This document shows, piece by piece, positions 34,638-45,813 of a stretch of DNA of 64,000 nt (its first letter is position 1; the number at the start of each line of letters is the position of its first letter). The DNA is from an uncultured delta proteobacterium (GTDB lineage: Bacteria > Desulfobacterota > Binatia > UBA9968): the NCBI GenBank assembly GCA_963727625.1, contig CAVSHR010000009.1, positions 352,001 through 416,000 of the forward strand. The letters run 5' to 3'. A program made the position numbers and the translations under genes. The notes below the pieces were generated by a model. The model saw only the letters and a list, made by a program, of their open reading frames with translations. It did not search any database and was not told where the DNA came from.

Positions 34638-36240
34638 ATGAACGTCCCTTCACAAAGTGATCCCGAGTGGAACAATTGGTCTGAAAATCTGGTACACAAG
34701 CCCGCAACGAGTGGTGAGTTCTATTACTTTTGCCCTGCGAATCGCGAGGAACTAAAAAACATCGTGCTGGAAGCTCAAGCCGCGGACGTACAGATACGCG
34801 TGTCGGGTCAACGTCATTCACAACCGCCCCTGGTTATCGACGACAACCGCGGCAATCGTTCATATAAGTCCAAAACATGGCTGGTGGACCTTTCCTGTTA
34901 TGCGGACCTCGGTCCGGATGGCAACGAACAGATAACGGTTGATATGGAAAAAAACACAGTCACCGTTAATGCAGGCGTGAGAGAAGACTACCTGGATGCC
35001 TATTTGGCAACCAAAAATCTGATCTTGGAAACGGTTACTGCCGGGGGGTTTTTCAGCGTTGGCGGCATGACGGCGGTTGATGTCCATGGAGCCACTTTTC
35101 ACGCGCCCATCTTTGCGGAGACCGCTGTCGCATTTTCCGTAATGGGACCGGATGGAGAAGTAACAGTAATTGACGAAACCACTCCTGGCATAGGTGATTG
35201 GAGAGCCATCCAGTTTGCGCGCGTCTCCCTCGGCGCGTTGGGAATTGTCACGTCTGTCACGATCTCAGTTCTGGAGCGGAAGTGGGCGACAACGTTGAGC
35301 TCCGGGGTCGATCGGGTCACGCTGTCCGATAAGACGCGCTTTTGTTTCCAAGTACCTGCAGTTGTTCAAAGATCATCAACGCGCTGAGTCGTTTTATAAC
35401 CCTTACAATAATGAGTTCCTGATCCTGTGGTATGATCTGGCAAAAGACCCTTCTTGGAAGGCTCCGAATAGCAGTAAAATTTCTGTGCCCACGTCCTGTG
35501 AATTTGCCGGCCAGGGTACTCACGGCGCACCTTACGAACCTGCACTGGTGGAATGGTTAGCACAGGGTACTATCGGTTGGATACAGCTGCATAAGTTCAA
35601 GAAACTGGCCAAGTGGGCTATCGACGCGGCCTATCTCGAGATCAGGAGCATGTTTAGCAAAGCTCAAAAACTTTACACGGATCTCTGGCTGACGGCGGCG
35701 GCACGCACCACCTTCCTTTCTTATTTCATCGAACTCCCCCAGCTCGATGAAGACGGACTGAGTAAAACTTGGGAGGCGTTGCAAAAGGTACCGGAGCTGT
35801 TGAAGCAATCAGATTACTTTCTGGTTGCAGGTCCACTGGAGTTCCGTTTTATCAATGGAGGCAATTCCGCACTCTCAGGCGCTTACACAGCTAACAAAGA
35901 TAGCTATTTTGTGAATCTGGACCTGATTGGATTCGTACCCAAGGTTTCTGCTGACCAATACCCCAAAGAGATGCTCGATTTTTTTGCAGCCGTTGAGAGG
36001 TCGTGGTACGGCGAATACAAGGGCATGCCGCACAATGGCAAGATGTATGGTTTTTACGATCCGATGGTCAGCGGCGATGACTCCACACCCCCATTCAACA
36101 AGGAATTCATTGCAAACCTTGCAAAGCGGCGCGGCGACCGGCTTACGCAATTCGAGGCCTACCGGAAAACCCGGGATCCCAACGGACTGTTCTGCAACGA
36201 CTATCTTCGAGCCGGGTCGATTGGCACCACTAAGAAATAG
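34638..36240 (+). pseudogene. FAD-linked oxidase (FAD_binding_4/ALO-like), paralog 1, +1 frameshift near 35337
   Basis: WNNWSEN, RVSGQRHSQPP, TAGGFFS.GG, DVHG and ARVSLGALG. Removing one base in aagacgcgcttttg restores KTAFVSKYLQLFK...PLEFRF...PHNGKMYG. Confidence 0.85.
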
Positions 36241-36245
36241 CTGCT

Positions 36246-37981
36246 TCAGTTCCAGATGCTGTTAAAAGATTTTTTCGGATTCATGGCTGTATACGGGATG
36301 TCGAGCCGCCGATTGCGAGCATCTATTGCGACAGAAATCTCGTTTAGCGCTTTAAGCCAGTTTGCGATGTTTTCTTTGACCCCCGCAGGCCAGCCGTTCG
36401 TGAAATCGTCGTCGTATTTCCCCAATTGGTTGCTGTCGGTGTGCGCAAAGTCGGCAGAGGCGAGGAGCGCGTTACCAGCGATTGCATACGATATAGGAGG
36501 CAAGCGATCGGAAACCTCGCTGAGTTTGAGTTTTGCGTTCGCTTCCTGCGGCGCTGCCAGCCGGTACAAGGGAGGGTTGGCTGGTGTATAAGCATAATTT
36601 AACGCGCCGTTCTCAATCGAACTGTGCCTGGAAGTCACAGTGAACAATACCGATGTAATGATCTGGTGAAGAGCCTCTCTGGTTTCTATTTTGCCTTGTG
36701 CGTTAACCGGAAGCCCAACAATTCCGGCCCCATCTGTTGATGCCATCTCCGCCATCCAAGCCTGTAGCTCCAAGTCGTTCAGCACATCGGCATCGCTCTT
36801 GTAAAAAAGGCCTAGCATGGATTTTACGTAACCGAGATCCGCTTCCCATAATTTCAATGCATCATCCCGGTAATAGAAATGGGGAAGCGCGTCCACGTCG
36901 TCCACTCCGCGTTTTCTAAAGTTGCAATTGGGATCGTAATCGCGGAAATCAAAATGCTTGAACAACTCGGATACCATTTGGTTTTGGCCCGCCAAGCCCG
37001 TTCCGAGGATCTCCGTTTGGGCTCCGTTTTCGTTATCCATAGTTCCTTTCACTTCATAGGTAATTAACAGAGTTCCCCAGAAATGGGGTTTCAGGAGTGC
37101 GTACACGGGGTGTTCGGCGGGCAGCGTGCGATTCGCCGAAGTCCAGACATTGCACATGACAAAGTGCATAAGTATGGTGTGGCTGTAAATGGCATGAACT
37201 AGACTATCCGCACATGAAGCATGAATCTTTACCGCCAACCAGGTATTCGGATCGCGATTCGGTGTAAAGATGGGGTTGGTGAGAGAACTGTCCGGATACA
37301 ACTGAATCCCAAGAGGCATGAGCTGGCCGATTTCATTCACACAAAACAGGCTTGTCGGGGCGGTCATCACATGACCGTGGGCGGGCGGTGCACCATTCAG
37401 CTCCGCACTGTGACACATAGTAAAGGCGGCGGGCGCTCGCCAAGGTCGCCAGCGTCTGATTGGCTGGCAGCAATCCGTCAAGCATGGCATCGGTAACTGG
37501 AAAATTGCGCTGAAACGCTGCCAGGTTTACGACCCTTTGGATGAACCAGGGGTACATGCCATTTAACCGCTGCGATGCAAATATGGCGTCTTGCTGCCAG
37601 AGGTTGTTTTTGCCGACCATGGGCAGCGAGTCCTCGGTGAATAACGCAGCGTATTCTTCAAACGGTTTGCCCTGCTTCGCCAATGTTTAGTCTCGTACAC
37701 TTATTAAGTGCCCATTGCATCAGTTTTGGTGATTAGAATTCGGCCACCCGCTTCCATAAGCAACGCCTATTCTTTGAGTGGTTGTTCGCGTCGCGGAAGA
37801 TCGTAAAAGTATTTTGCCTAATGGAAGGCGGATAGCCTTGCCACGAATGATCGAATACGTATTCTTTACAATTTTTTTCAACTTCCTTTTTCCTGGCATC
37901 CCGCTGGTCTGGCGTACAGTTCTGCGGCAAGCTGAGAGTTCCAGTGGTATTCAACAGGGTAGGGTCATTTGAGTTTGTCAT
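36246..37981 (-). pseudogene. Lipoxygenase, in three fragments (frameshifts/stops near 37690-37740 and ~37405)
   Basis: WQQDAIFASQRLNGMYP; WLAVK; H-x4-H-x4-H-x17-H-x8-H (HAIYSHTILMH...HPVYALLKPHF); YRDDALKLW; DLELQAW; HSSIE; C-terminal NSIWN. Confidence 0.85.
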
Positions 37982-38313
37982 GACGATTTTTCTCCGCCGG
38001 ACTAGGGGACAATTTCTTTTGTTAGCTCAAAAAATCGAGGCTTTAATGGTGAGGCCTACGTTCGAATCCGGCCTGGACTTTACCAGGGGGTATAACCCAG
38101 GTCCTTAGACCGTGTAAAGTCTCCCGGGTAGAATTGCAGGTGGGACCGCCGGGGTAAGGGCCAACTGATCATTGGCATTTTAAACCCACCCTTTCTATCC
38201 GAGTCGATATCATCTAGAGCGGACGAGGTAGCAATTTATATTTTTGTCAGCGCACAACCGGCGCATCCGGAGTCAAATCGAGCATCATGTGCCTAACGCC
38301 AGAAAACTTGCCC

Positions 38314-40395
38314 TTAATTTGTGTCTCCCAACACCGCGCGCAGATAATCGTTATAGAAGCGACCTCCTGGATCCATGCTCTTGCGGTATTCATTGAAGGC
38401 CTTCAGTCGATCGTCGCGACGCCGACGCAGATCAGCCAAGAAGTTTACGTTGAACGGCGCCGTGTGAGTGCCTGTCGGCTGATCCGGGTCGTAAAAGCCG
38501 TACATCTTGCCCTGATGCGGAAAGCCGCCCATTGCAACCCACTGCCGCTCCACGTCGGCGAAAAACTGCAATAGCTTTGCGGGGTATTGAGACGGCGTCT
38601 TGTTCTCTTCCACAAAGCCAATCAAATCTAGGTTGACGAACCATGTGTTAGCGGTATTAACCGTATACGCGCCCGACATGGCCGAGTTACCACCCTTGAC
38701 GAAGCGAAACTCCATCGGCGCCGCAATGTGGAAGTTGCCGTTTGTGTTGACGATCCTCGAAACGACATCTAGCCCGTCCCACACTTTCTCGAGCCCAGCC
38801 TTGTCGAGGTTAGGTAGCGAAATGTAATAAGACATGAAAATGACGCGCACCGCACCTGCCAACCACAAATCCGAATGCGACTTGTTGGCTTTATCAACAT
38901 CCGACTCGATTTCGATGAGGGTGGCCGCGGCAACTTCAGCGGCCCCTGTAATCGCCCAATCAAAATACTGTGCCTTTTGCGCAAACTCGGCACCGTCTTT
39001 GCCAATCCCCCCCAAAATCGGTGCACCATATTGCTGTTTTTTAGCTAGTTGGCAAGCGTCATCGACTCGCGGCTTCGTGTTACCGGGACCAGAGTCAAGT
39101 TTTACATTCCACCACAGCACCAGAAAGTTCTTAACGAGCGGTCGGCCGGTTGCGTATGGAGTAAAGAACACCTCAAGGCGATCGTGTGTCACCAATTTCA
39201 AAAATTCTGTCACGAAGTCGTGCTTGTTAGGAAGTTGTAATTCTTCGGTCCCCCCCTGAAGCGTCGTCGCAAATGGTCGGGGCAAAACATCGATTGTGAC
39301 CGACGTCACAATACCCAACCCGCCCAGCGACACCCGCGCGAACTGTAACTGCGACCATTTCCCGACCGGCCCCGAGTTCGCGTCGATCGTAATTATTTCT
39401 CCGCTGCCCCGCACAATCGTGAACGCCGACACCGTTTCGGCAAAAATCGGCGCGTCTATCGTTCCCCCATGGACGTCGACCACGGTCATGCCGCCAAGAC
39501 TAAAGAATCCCCCCGCCGTGACGGTCTTGAGCATTAGATTGTTCGCGGTCAAAAACGCGTCCAACTCGTCCTCGCGCACGCCGGCATTCACCGTAACCTG
39601 ATTTTTTTCGGGTCCCAGCACGATGCGTTGGTCAAAGTTAGGTCCCAAATCTGCGTAACAGGACATGTCGACGAGCCAGGTCTTCCTGGTCGCAGGCGAC
39701 CCGCTACGATTGTCGTTAATCACCAGGGGCGGCTGTGAATGCCGCTGTCCAGATACTCGGATGGTCACTTCGTCTTGGTCTTGCGCAGCTCCAGCGAGTA
39801 CAAGCCTTAATTCCTCCATATTGTGCGGCATGTAATAATAATCCCCAGTTACCGGCGTATGGACGATGTTTCCGCTCCAGTTTTGCCAGTCTACTTCCCA
39901 TCCCAACTGCATGAAGTGCCCATCGGCGGGGTCAGCTCTCCACAACTTTCCATTTTGAACAACGTACAGCGCAGCACTCCCCCAAGCCTGCATGGCAGTC
40001 ATCGCTGCCGTGTCATTCCAATGTTGCCCCTCTCCCAATTGCTCATATTTTCCGGTCCCTGGGTCAGCTCTCCACAGCATGCCATTCTGAATCACGTACA
40101 GCCACCTACCCCAAGCAGTCATCGCCGCCGTTTCATTCCAATGTTGCCCCTCTCCCAGTTGCGTAGGCTTTCCCGTCTCCGGGTCTGCGCTCCACAACTT
40201 GCCCTTCTGAATCACGAATAGCAGTTTGCCCAACGCAGTCATCGCCGCTGTTTCATGCCATTCTTCTATTCCTAGTTGCTTATACGCTCCCGACCGCGGG
40301 TCTGCTCTCCACAACTTGCCATTTTGAATAATGTACAACCACCCATCCAAAGCGGTCATCGCTGCTGTGCCCTTCCAGGGTTGCGATTCTGCCAC
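38314..40395 (-). CDS. FAD-linked oxidase, paralog 2, with four N-terminal ~40-aa beta-propeller-like repeats
   Basis: Repeats W..TAAMTA...LYVIQNGKLWRADP..G.Y.QLG, then WQNWSGN, SGQRHSQPP, PMEFRF and PHQGKMYG; RBS aggagg 7 nt before the GTG. Confidence 0.88.
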   Translation of the reverse strand: MAESQPWKGTAAMTALDGWLYIIQNGKLWRADPRSGAYKQLGIEEWHETAAMTALGKLLFVIQKGKLWSADPETGKPTQLGEGQHWNETAAMTAWGRWLYVIQNGMLWRADPGTGKYEQLGEGQHWNDTAAMTAMQAWGSAALYVVQNGKLWRADPADGHFMQLGWEVDWQNWSGNIVHTPVTGDYYYMPHNMEELRLVLAGAAQDQDEVTIRVSGQRHSQPPLVINDNRSGSPATRKTWLVDMSCYADLGPNFDQRIVLGPEKNQVTVNAGVREDELDAFLTANNLMLKTVTAGGFFSLGGMTVVDVHGGTIDAPIFAETVSAFTIVRGSGEIITIDANSGPVGKWSQLQFARVSLGGLGIVTSVTIDVLPRPFATTLQGGTEELQLPNKHDFVTEFLKLVTHDRLEVFFTPYATGRPLVKNFLVLWWNVKLDSGPGNTKPRVDDACQLAKKQQYGAPILGGIGKDGAEFAQKAQYFDWAITGAAEVAAATLIEIESDVDKANKSHSDLWLAGAVRVIFMSYYISLPNLDKAGLEKVWDGLDVVSRIVNTNGNFHIAAPMEFRFVKGGNSAMSGAYTVNTANTWFVNLDLIGFVEENKTPSQYPAKLLQFFADVERQWVAMGGFPHQGKMYGFYDPDQPTGTHTAPFNVNFLADLRRRRDDRLKAFNEYRKSMDPGGRFYNDYLRAVLGDTN
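39905..40380 (-). repeat. Intragenic tandem repeats, period ~117-120 bp
   Basis: gc(a/g)gtcatcgc(t/c)gc(c/t)gt recurs at ~39995, 40115, 40235 and 40352. Confidence 0.85.
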
Positions 40396-40789
40396 TTTCA
40401 ATCCTCCTATTCCAAGTCAACCGTCAATTCAGTGCGAAGCATTAACAGTTCATATGACACGAGGCAGCAAGCTAGGTGACGCGCGGAAATTAGGGACCAC
40501 TGGGTTTCTCAAATTAGCCCACTCGGAAAAAAACGTCTTGCTATAAACTAACTAACCGATATATACGACTAAAATTGTAATACAAGACAAATATTGCGGG
40601 GATTTACCGCAAATTAACGCTTGTAGACGATCTTATTCGTATGGATCGCGCCCCAGCTATAGACGCTGAGCGGTAGTCGCAACGCTAGATTCCGGGAGTT
40701 CTCCGCTCGAACAGCTCCTCTAGCGCAGGGGGATTTGTTTAGTTGCTCAAGGTTGCAATCGTAGCACTCTCGCTTTGCGCAAACGATTT

Positions 40790-42976
40790 ATGAAGTCGCT
40801 TCACAAAACCCGCGTAGAGCACCGCTTGCTTGCTTTGACCAAGCCGTGGCTCTCATCCTGTCTTTTGGGAGTCGGTTTGGCTTTCTGTACTGGTGCGGCC
40901 GCAGCGCAAACGCCCTCGCCAAATCAAGAAATCGAAGAACTCAAATTCAAAGACATCGAAGAGCTGAACCTTGAGAAGCTCCTCGATATCACCATCTCCC
41001 TTGCTGCTGGCCGGGCGCAGCGCGTTGAAGATGCGCCGGGCATCGCGTCAGTTATTACTGACGAAGAGATTCGCCGCCTCGGCGCCCGCACTTTGTCCGA
41101 TGTCCTCCAATTCGTGCCTGGTTTCGAGGTCATAAAGGACGCTCTCGGCCGGGACAAGATCGTCGTGCGCGGCACGACTTCTGGGTTGACCAACAGCTCC
41201 TCGGAGAGTGTCTTGATCCTGTTTAACGGTCATCGGTTGAATCAAGGGACCGACGGCGATGCGATAAGCATCAACCTGGAAATCCCGGTGGACAACCTCA
41301 AGCGCATCGAGATCATCCGCGGACCGGGTTCGGCGCTATTCGGCGCCAACGCCTTTCTGGGCGTGATCAACCTCGTCCCTTACACGGCAAACGATATACA
41401 AGGCATCCGCCTGTCATCCGGAGGTGGATCCTTTGGCACTCAACAACACAACATCTTAGGGGGCTACAAGCGCGGGGATTTCAGCATATCGGGTTTCGCT
41501 CAATTCAAAGACACCGATGGCCCAAGGCTTCTTGTTCCGGCGGACGCGCAAACAGCCTTCGACAACCTGCTTGCGCCCTTCGGTTTCCCTCCCATTTCGC
41601 GAGCGCCGAGCCGGACACGTGACAACAGCAGCGCCGTGGATGCCAATCTTCAGCTTACCTATAAAAACTTTACCGCGAATGCGAGATTTCAGGACACGCA
41701 CTCCGGCGGATTCATCGGCGCCACGGAGGTGCTCGGAAATTCCCGGTTTGACACACAACAAATTTTATTCGACGCGGGATACCGCTATCCGCTCGGCGAC
41801 AAGGGGAGCTTGCTGGCCAAGTTTAGCTTCAACCAAAATAAAGATCGACGATTGCAGGAATATTTCCCGCCGGGATTTGTCGTTTTTACCCCTGGGTTTG
41901 GGTTCGCGGTCCTACCTGCCGGCTTTGGCCTCGATTGGAGTATCAATACCAGGCGGTACGCCGGTGAAACCGTTCTCGAATATCAGTTGTTCAAAAACCA
42001 CCACTTTACGCTGGGCATGGAATACGACTACGAGTCCACTTACGATATTAAAACCAAATCTACGTTCGATTCGAGCACGGTGCCGCTGACGCCGCTTCTA
42101 TCTCTGCAGCGCCCGCCCTGGCAAATTTTGCCGCCCACCAGCCGTAAGCTCTTCAGCGTCTACGGCCAGCATATTTGGACTCCCTTATCGCAATTGGATC
42201 TCACCACCGGCGTCCGCTACGACCATTACAGCGACTTCGGCGACACGGTCAATCCGCGCGTGGGTCTCGTATGGCGCTTCGCCAAAGACTTTAACCTGAA
42301 GCTGCTCTACGGTCGCGCCTTTCGCGCGCCAAGTTTTTACGAAAGCCGCGAAAGCATCCCCAACTTGCTGGTTGGTGGCGATCTGAAGCCTACGACACTG
42401 CAGACCGTCGAAGCCGGCATTGGCTATAGCAGTCAAAACAAGTTTCACGTCAGCGCGACTTACTTCGCCACTTTCATCCGCGACTTCATCGTCCCGACCG
42501 ATACGCTTCTGGTCCCAAAAACAGACCGTTCCTTTGCCAACGCGGACGCTTACGACATTCAGGGACTGGAGTTCGAAACAAAGCTCAATTTGTGGGACCA
42601 TACTCTGTTTGCGAACTACACTTTTCAGCACTCGAAAGACAAATCCACGGGCGAGTCTCTCCCCGATGTCCCCGCACATATCGGCAGCTTGGGTCTAACT
42701 CTTGCCCTCGGCGATTACTTTAAGCTCACGCCTGCGGCGATTTTCCGAGGCAGCCGGCCGAGGTTTGTGACCGACACTCGTAAGGACGCTCCGGGATACG
42801 CTTTGTTTAATTTGACGCTTCAGGCCAAGACTCCGATTCCCGGGCTAGAGCTGTCGGGAAGCATTTATAACTTGTTTGACAAAAACTATACCAACCCGGC
42901 GCCGGTTAACGGCGTGCCGGGAGACTATCCGAGGCCAGGACGGAGTTTTTTCTTAAAGGCAATTTACAAATTTTAG
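40790..42976 (+). CDS. TonB-dependent receptor, copy 1 (YfiR-associated type)
   Basis: Signal peptide; LNLEKLLDITIS; plug RIEIIRGPGSALFGANAFLGVIN; C-terminal NLFDKNY...GRSFFLKAIYKF. Confidence 0.92.
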   Translation: MKSLHKTRVEHRLLALTKPWLSSCLLGVGLAFCTGAAAAQTPSPNQEIEELKFKDIEELNLEKLLDITISLAAGRAQRVEDAPGIASVITDEEIRRLGARTLSDVLQFVPGFEVIKDALGRDKIVVRGTTSGLTNSSSESVLILFNGHRLNQGTDGDAISINLEIPVDNLKRIEIIRGPGSALFGANAFLGVINLVPYTANDIQGIRLSSGGGSFGTQQHNILGGYKRGDFSISGFAQFKDTDGPRLLVPADAQTAFDNLLAPFGFPPISRAPSRTRDNSSAVDANLQLTYKNFTANARFQDTHSGGFIGATEVLGNSRFDTQQILFDAGYRYPLGDKGSLLAKFSFNQNKDRRLQEYFPPGFVVFTPGFGFAVLPAGFGLDWSINTRRYAGETVLEYQLFKNHHFTLGMEYDYESTYDIKTKSTFDSSTVPLTPLLSLQRPPWQILPPTSRKLFSVYGQHIWTPLSQLDLTTGVRYDHYSDFGDTVNPRVGLVWRFAKDFNLKLLYGRAFRAPSFYESRESIPNLLVGGDLKPTTLQTVEAGIGYSSQNKFHVSATYFATFIRDFIVPTDTLLVPKTDRSFANADAYDIQGLEFETKLNLWDHTLFANYTFQHSKDKSTGESLPDVPAHIGSLGLTLALGDYFKLTPAAIFRGSRPRFVTDTRKDAPGYALFNLTLQAKTPIPGLELSGSIYNLFDKNYTNPAPVNGVPGDYPRPGRSFFLKAIYKF

Positions 42977-43696
42977 ACGAACACAGAGGAACAAGTCGCA
43001 AGTTGAATTGAGTGCAAGGAAAGTCACGCTGGCATGAAACGTTGGACGACATACTTGAGCAGAGCTTGGATCAGCGCACTCCTGTGTCTGGCGCTGCTCA
43101 TGCCGCGCCCGGTTTGGGCCGAGGACGTTCCGGTGCCGGCCAGCGTTCAAGTGCCGATCTTCCTCAAGGTGCTCACCTTCGACAGAAATTTTGACGAACG
43201 GGTCAAGTCGCAATTGAAGATCGGCATCGTGTACGCCGAGGAAGACCCTGAGTCCCGACAAGCCAAAGACAACATGGTGAAAATCCTCGATGGCTATGCG
43301 GACAAGACGATCAAGCAGCTGCCGATCACCTATGTTTTGATGCGCTACACGACCGAGCAGAATGTGGTGGAATCTGCCAAGTCCCAGGGAGTTAACGTCC
43401 TTTACGTCACTCCGGGAAACGCCAAACATCTAGCGGCCTTGCTTCGAGTCAGTCAGAAGCTCCGAATCATCACGGTCACCGGGGTGCCGCAGTACGTCGA
43501 ACAGGGAGTCACGGTTGGTCTCGGTTTAAAGAGCGATAAGAAAACTCAAATACTGATCAATCTCAAGTCGTCGAAAATCGAAGGCGCGGCCTTCGACGCC
43601 AATCTGTTGAGACTCGCCACCGTGATGTAATAAATGCCGCAAGTCGGTGGCGTTAGAATCGCTGCCGCACAAAAACAGAGCAAAACTCTATGCGTG
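40858..43696 (+). repeat. ~2.8-kb direct repeat, copy A (TBDR+YfiR); copy B at ~48083-50923
   Basis: Long identical stretches, YfiR proteins identical, offset ~7227 bp. Confidence 0.95.
43034..43630 (+). CDS. YfiR/DUF4154-family periplasmic protein, copy 1
   Basis: Signal peptide, IFLKVLTFD and ILINL......GAAFDANLLRLA; directly after the TBDR. Confidence 0.8.
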   Translation: MKRWTTYLSRAWISALLCLALLMPRPVWAEDVPVPASVQVPIFLKVLTFDRNFDERVKSQLKIGIVYAEEDPESRQAKDNMVKILDGYADKTIKQLPITYVLMRYTTEQNVVESAKSQGVNVLYVTPGNAKHLAALLRVSQKLRIITVTGVPQYVEQGVTVGLGLKSDKKTQILINLKSSKIEGAAFDANLLRLATVM

Positions 43697-43737
43697 TCCT
43701 TCACAGGCTGAACATTCAGCGCAGCACAGGGGGCTAA
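43690..43737 (+). pseudogene. 5' remnant of a sensor kinase gene
   Basis: MRVLHRLNIQR(STGG*) sits at the position where copy B starts the kinase [13 protein letters not shown]. Confidence 0.65.
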
Positions 43738-44067
43738 CTCACCCTGACCCGCTGGTGGCCCCCTTGAGCTGCGTATTTGTCAATAGTGCGCAGTCTGTCT
43801 TATGAAAACAATCCCTCGAGCTTAGAGCGAGCATTGCGAGAGGTAACACCGATAAAATGCGCTCGAGCCCCAAGCGGTGCAAGTCAGGGCAGACGAGACT
43901 GGAATCGTCATTTAACATGGCAAACCAAAAATGGCGTTGACAATTTTTCTACCCGGCGGTATGGCAGGGCCAAGAAAACGAACCTCTCCACCCAACGCTC
44001 AATCGTGGTGTCTCGTAGTCGGGCGCTCGGCAATCACGCTCCGCGACCACGAAAGGAACTTAAAAAT

Positions 44068-45636
44068 ATGAGTAATACATCTGGCGCGGTCTATTCCGAC
44101 ACAACGTGGCAAAACTGGTCTCGCAATTTATACTATCCATTGGCAGCCAACCAACAATCGTATTTCATTCCGAAAAATCTCCAGGACTTACGCAGTAGAG
44201 TTTTGCAAGCGGCGAGCACGGGCAAAAAAGTGCGCGTGTCAGGGCAACGACATGCGCAACCGCCTCTGGTTGCCAACGCGCCGCAAGCCGACCCGAATCT
44301 GATTTTGATCGACATGTCTTGCTATGCCGATCTTGGTGATGGCACTCAACGCATGGTTTTGAACGATGACCAGCTCACTGTAAATACCGGTGTGCGGGAA
44401 GATGAACTCGACACCTTTTTGACCCAGAACAATAAGATACTGCCGACGGTTACCGCAGGCGGTTTTTTCAGTATCGGCGGCATGACCGCCGTCGATGTGC
44501 ATGGGGCCACCACTGGCTACCCGATTTTTGCCGAAACCGCTACTGCTTATACCATCATGGGGCCCGATGGGAATAAAACCACCTTTACCCAAACCAGCCC
44601 AGCCCCCGCAGGTTTCAATGCACTGCAATTTGCCCGCGTGTCGTTTGGTGCGCTGGGTGTGGTTACGTCGGTCACATTGCAAGTGTTGCCGCGCCCGTTT
44701 GCCAATACGCTTAGCGGCGGCATTGAAGAGGGTAAGTGGCAAATTGAAGCCGATTTTGTGCAGGGCTTTGGCGCACTGCTGGCGAGCAAAACCCGCGTGG
44801 AATCGTTTTTCAACCCCTATGATTCGATCAGTCCCTTTCTCTGCTGCTGGTGGAATGTGAACAATGGTTCAGGCCCGGGCAATTCGCCGGCGCCCGTTGA
44901 TAACGCTTGCCAACTGGCGGGCAACCAGCAATACGGCGCACCGTATATCGGAGAACTCGCGGTCGATGCCGGAGTGGCAGCGCAAGAAACTTCCTCCTCG
45001 GTTCCCGCTTCTTTAACGTCTGAGGCAGCGATTGCTGTTATTTACACAAAGGTCACTACGGCGAACGCCAATGCATCGGACTTATGGCTTGATGACGCGG
45101 CGCGCACGATTTTTATGTCGTATTTTATCGAATTGCCCGACCTGCGCGAGAAGGGCTTGGACATTGTGTGGCGTGCTCTGCAAGCAGTCCGTCGACGGGT
45201 TGTCGCGGACAATAACTTTCACGTTGCCGCTCCGCTCGAATTTCGCTTTGTGCGCGGTGGCAATACGCTGCTGGCGGGGACATATTCCGAGCGCCCGAAC
45301 AGCGTGTTCGTCAACCTCGATTTGATCGGCTTTGCGTTGGAAAATGAGGATAAAACTGGTTTAGTCTACAGTGACAAACTCCTGCAATTTTTTGCCGACG
45401 TCGAACGTGATTGGGTCGTAACGCTGGGCGGTATGCCCCACGGTGGTAAGATGTATGGTTTTTATGATCCCAATGGCCCTGCCCGCAATTTCAGCTTGCC
45501 GTTCAACCCGAAGTTTGTCGATTTCATCCGCAACAAACGCGCGAGCCGCGTTGCGGCGTTCAATGCCTTTCGACAACAACGCGATCCCAAGGGCATGTTT
45601 TGCAACCCGTTCGTGGCGCAGATGATTGGCGCCTAA
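44068..45636 (+). CDS. FAD-linked oxidase, paralog 3
   Basis: WQNWSRN, SGQRHAQPP, TAGGFFSIGG, PLEFRF and PHGGKMYG; RBS aagga before ATG 44068. Confidence 0.88.
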   Translation: MSNTSGAVYSDTTWQNWSRNLYYPLAANQQSYFIPKNLQDLRSRVLQAASTGKKVRVSGQRHAQPPLVANAPQADPNLILIDMSCYADLGDGTQRMVLNDDQLTVNTGVREDELDTFLTQNNKILPTVTAGGFFSIGGMTAVDVHGATTGYPIFAETATAYTIMGPDGNKTTFTQTSPAPAGFNALQFARVSFGALGVVTSVTLQVLPRPFANTLSGGIEEGKWQIEADFVQGFGALLASKTRVESFFNPYDSISPFLCCWWNVNNGSGPGNSPAPVDNACQLAGNQQYGAPYIGELAVDAGVAAQETSSSVPASLTSEAAIAVIYTKVTTANANASDLWLDDAARTIFMSYFIELPDLREKGLDIVWRALQAVRRRVVADNNFHVAAPLEFRFVRGGNTLLAGTYSERPNSVFVNLDLIGFALENEDKTGLVYSDKLLQFFADVERDWVVTLGGMPHGGKMYGFYDPNGPARNFSLPFNPKFVDFIRNKRASRVAAFNAFRQQRDPKGMFCNPFVAQMIGA

Positions 45637-45813
45637 TCCCTGGCGGGGCATTCATTTCGACGCGTCACCGTCTGCTCGGTCTCCTTCGTCAACAAAACCG
45701 AGGCATTGACAGATTGCCTTTTTTATCTTTTTCGTCTCCGTCCCCAATCGATTAGTACCATGTCTCAGCAATTCAACTCTTTCTACGGCTATAGCAGCTT
45801 AGGCAAAAAGTCG

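Noticed and set aside
38040-38180. GTTCGAATCC resembling a tRNA T-loop or att site
   Set aside because: No pairing T-stem, acceptor stem or cloverleaf could be built.
39905-40380. Regular ~120-bp repeats as a possible CRISPR array
   Set aside because: The repeats are in-frame coding with wobble variation, have no unique spacers, and no cas genes are present.
43777-44067. N-terminal extensions given by the ORF track (oxidase 3; also LLM 60475, PIN 33727, tal-pgi 10837)
   Set aside because: They lack homology to paralogs or family starts, and a better RBS/start lies downstream.
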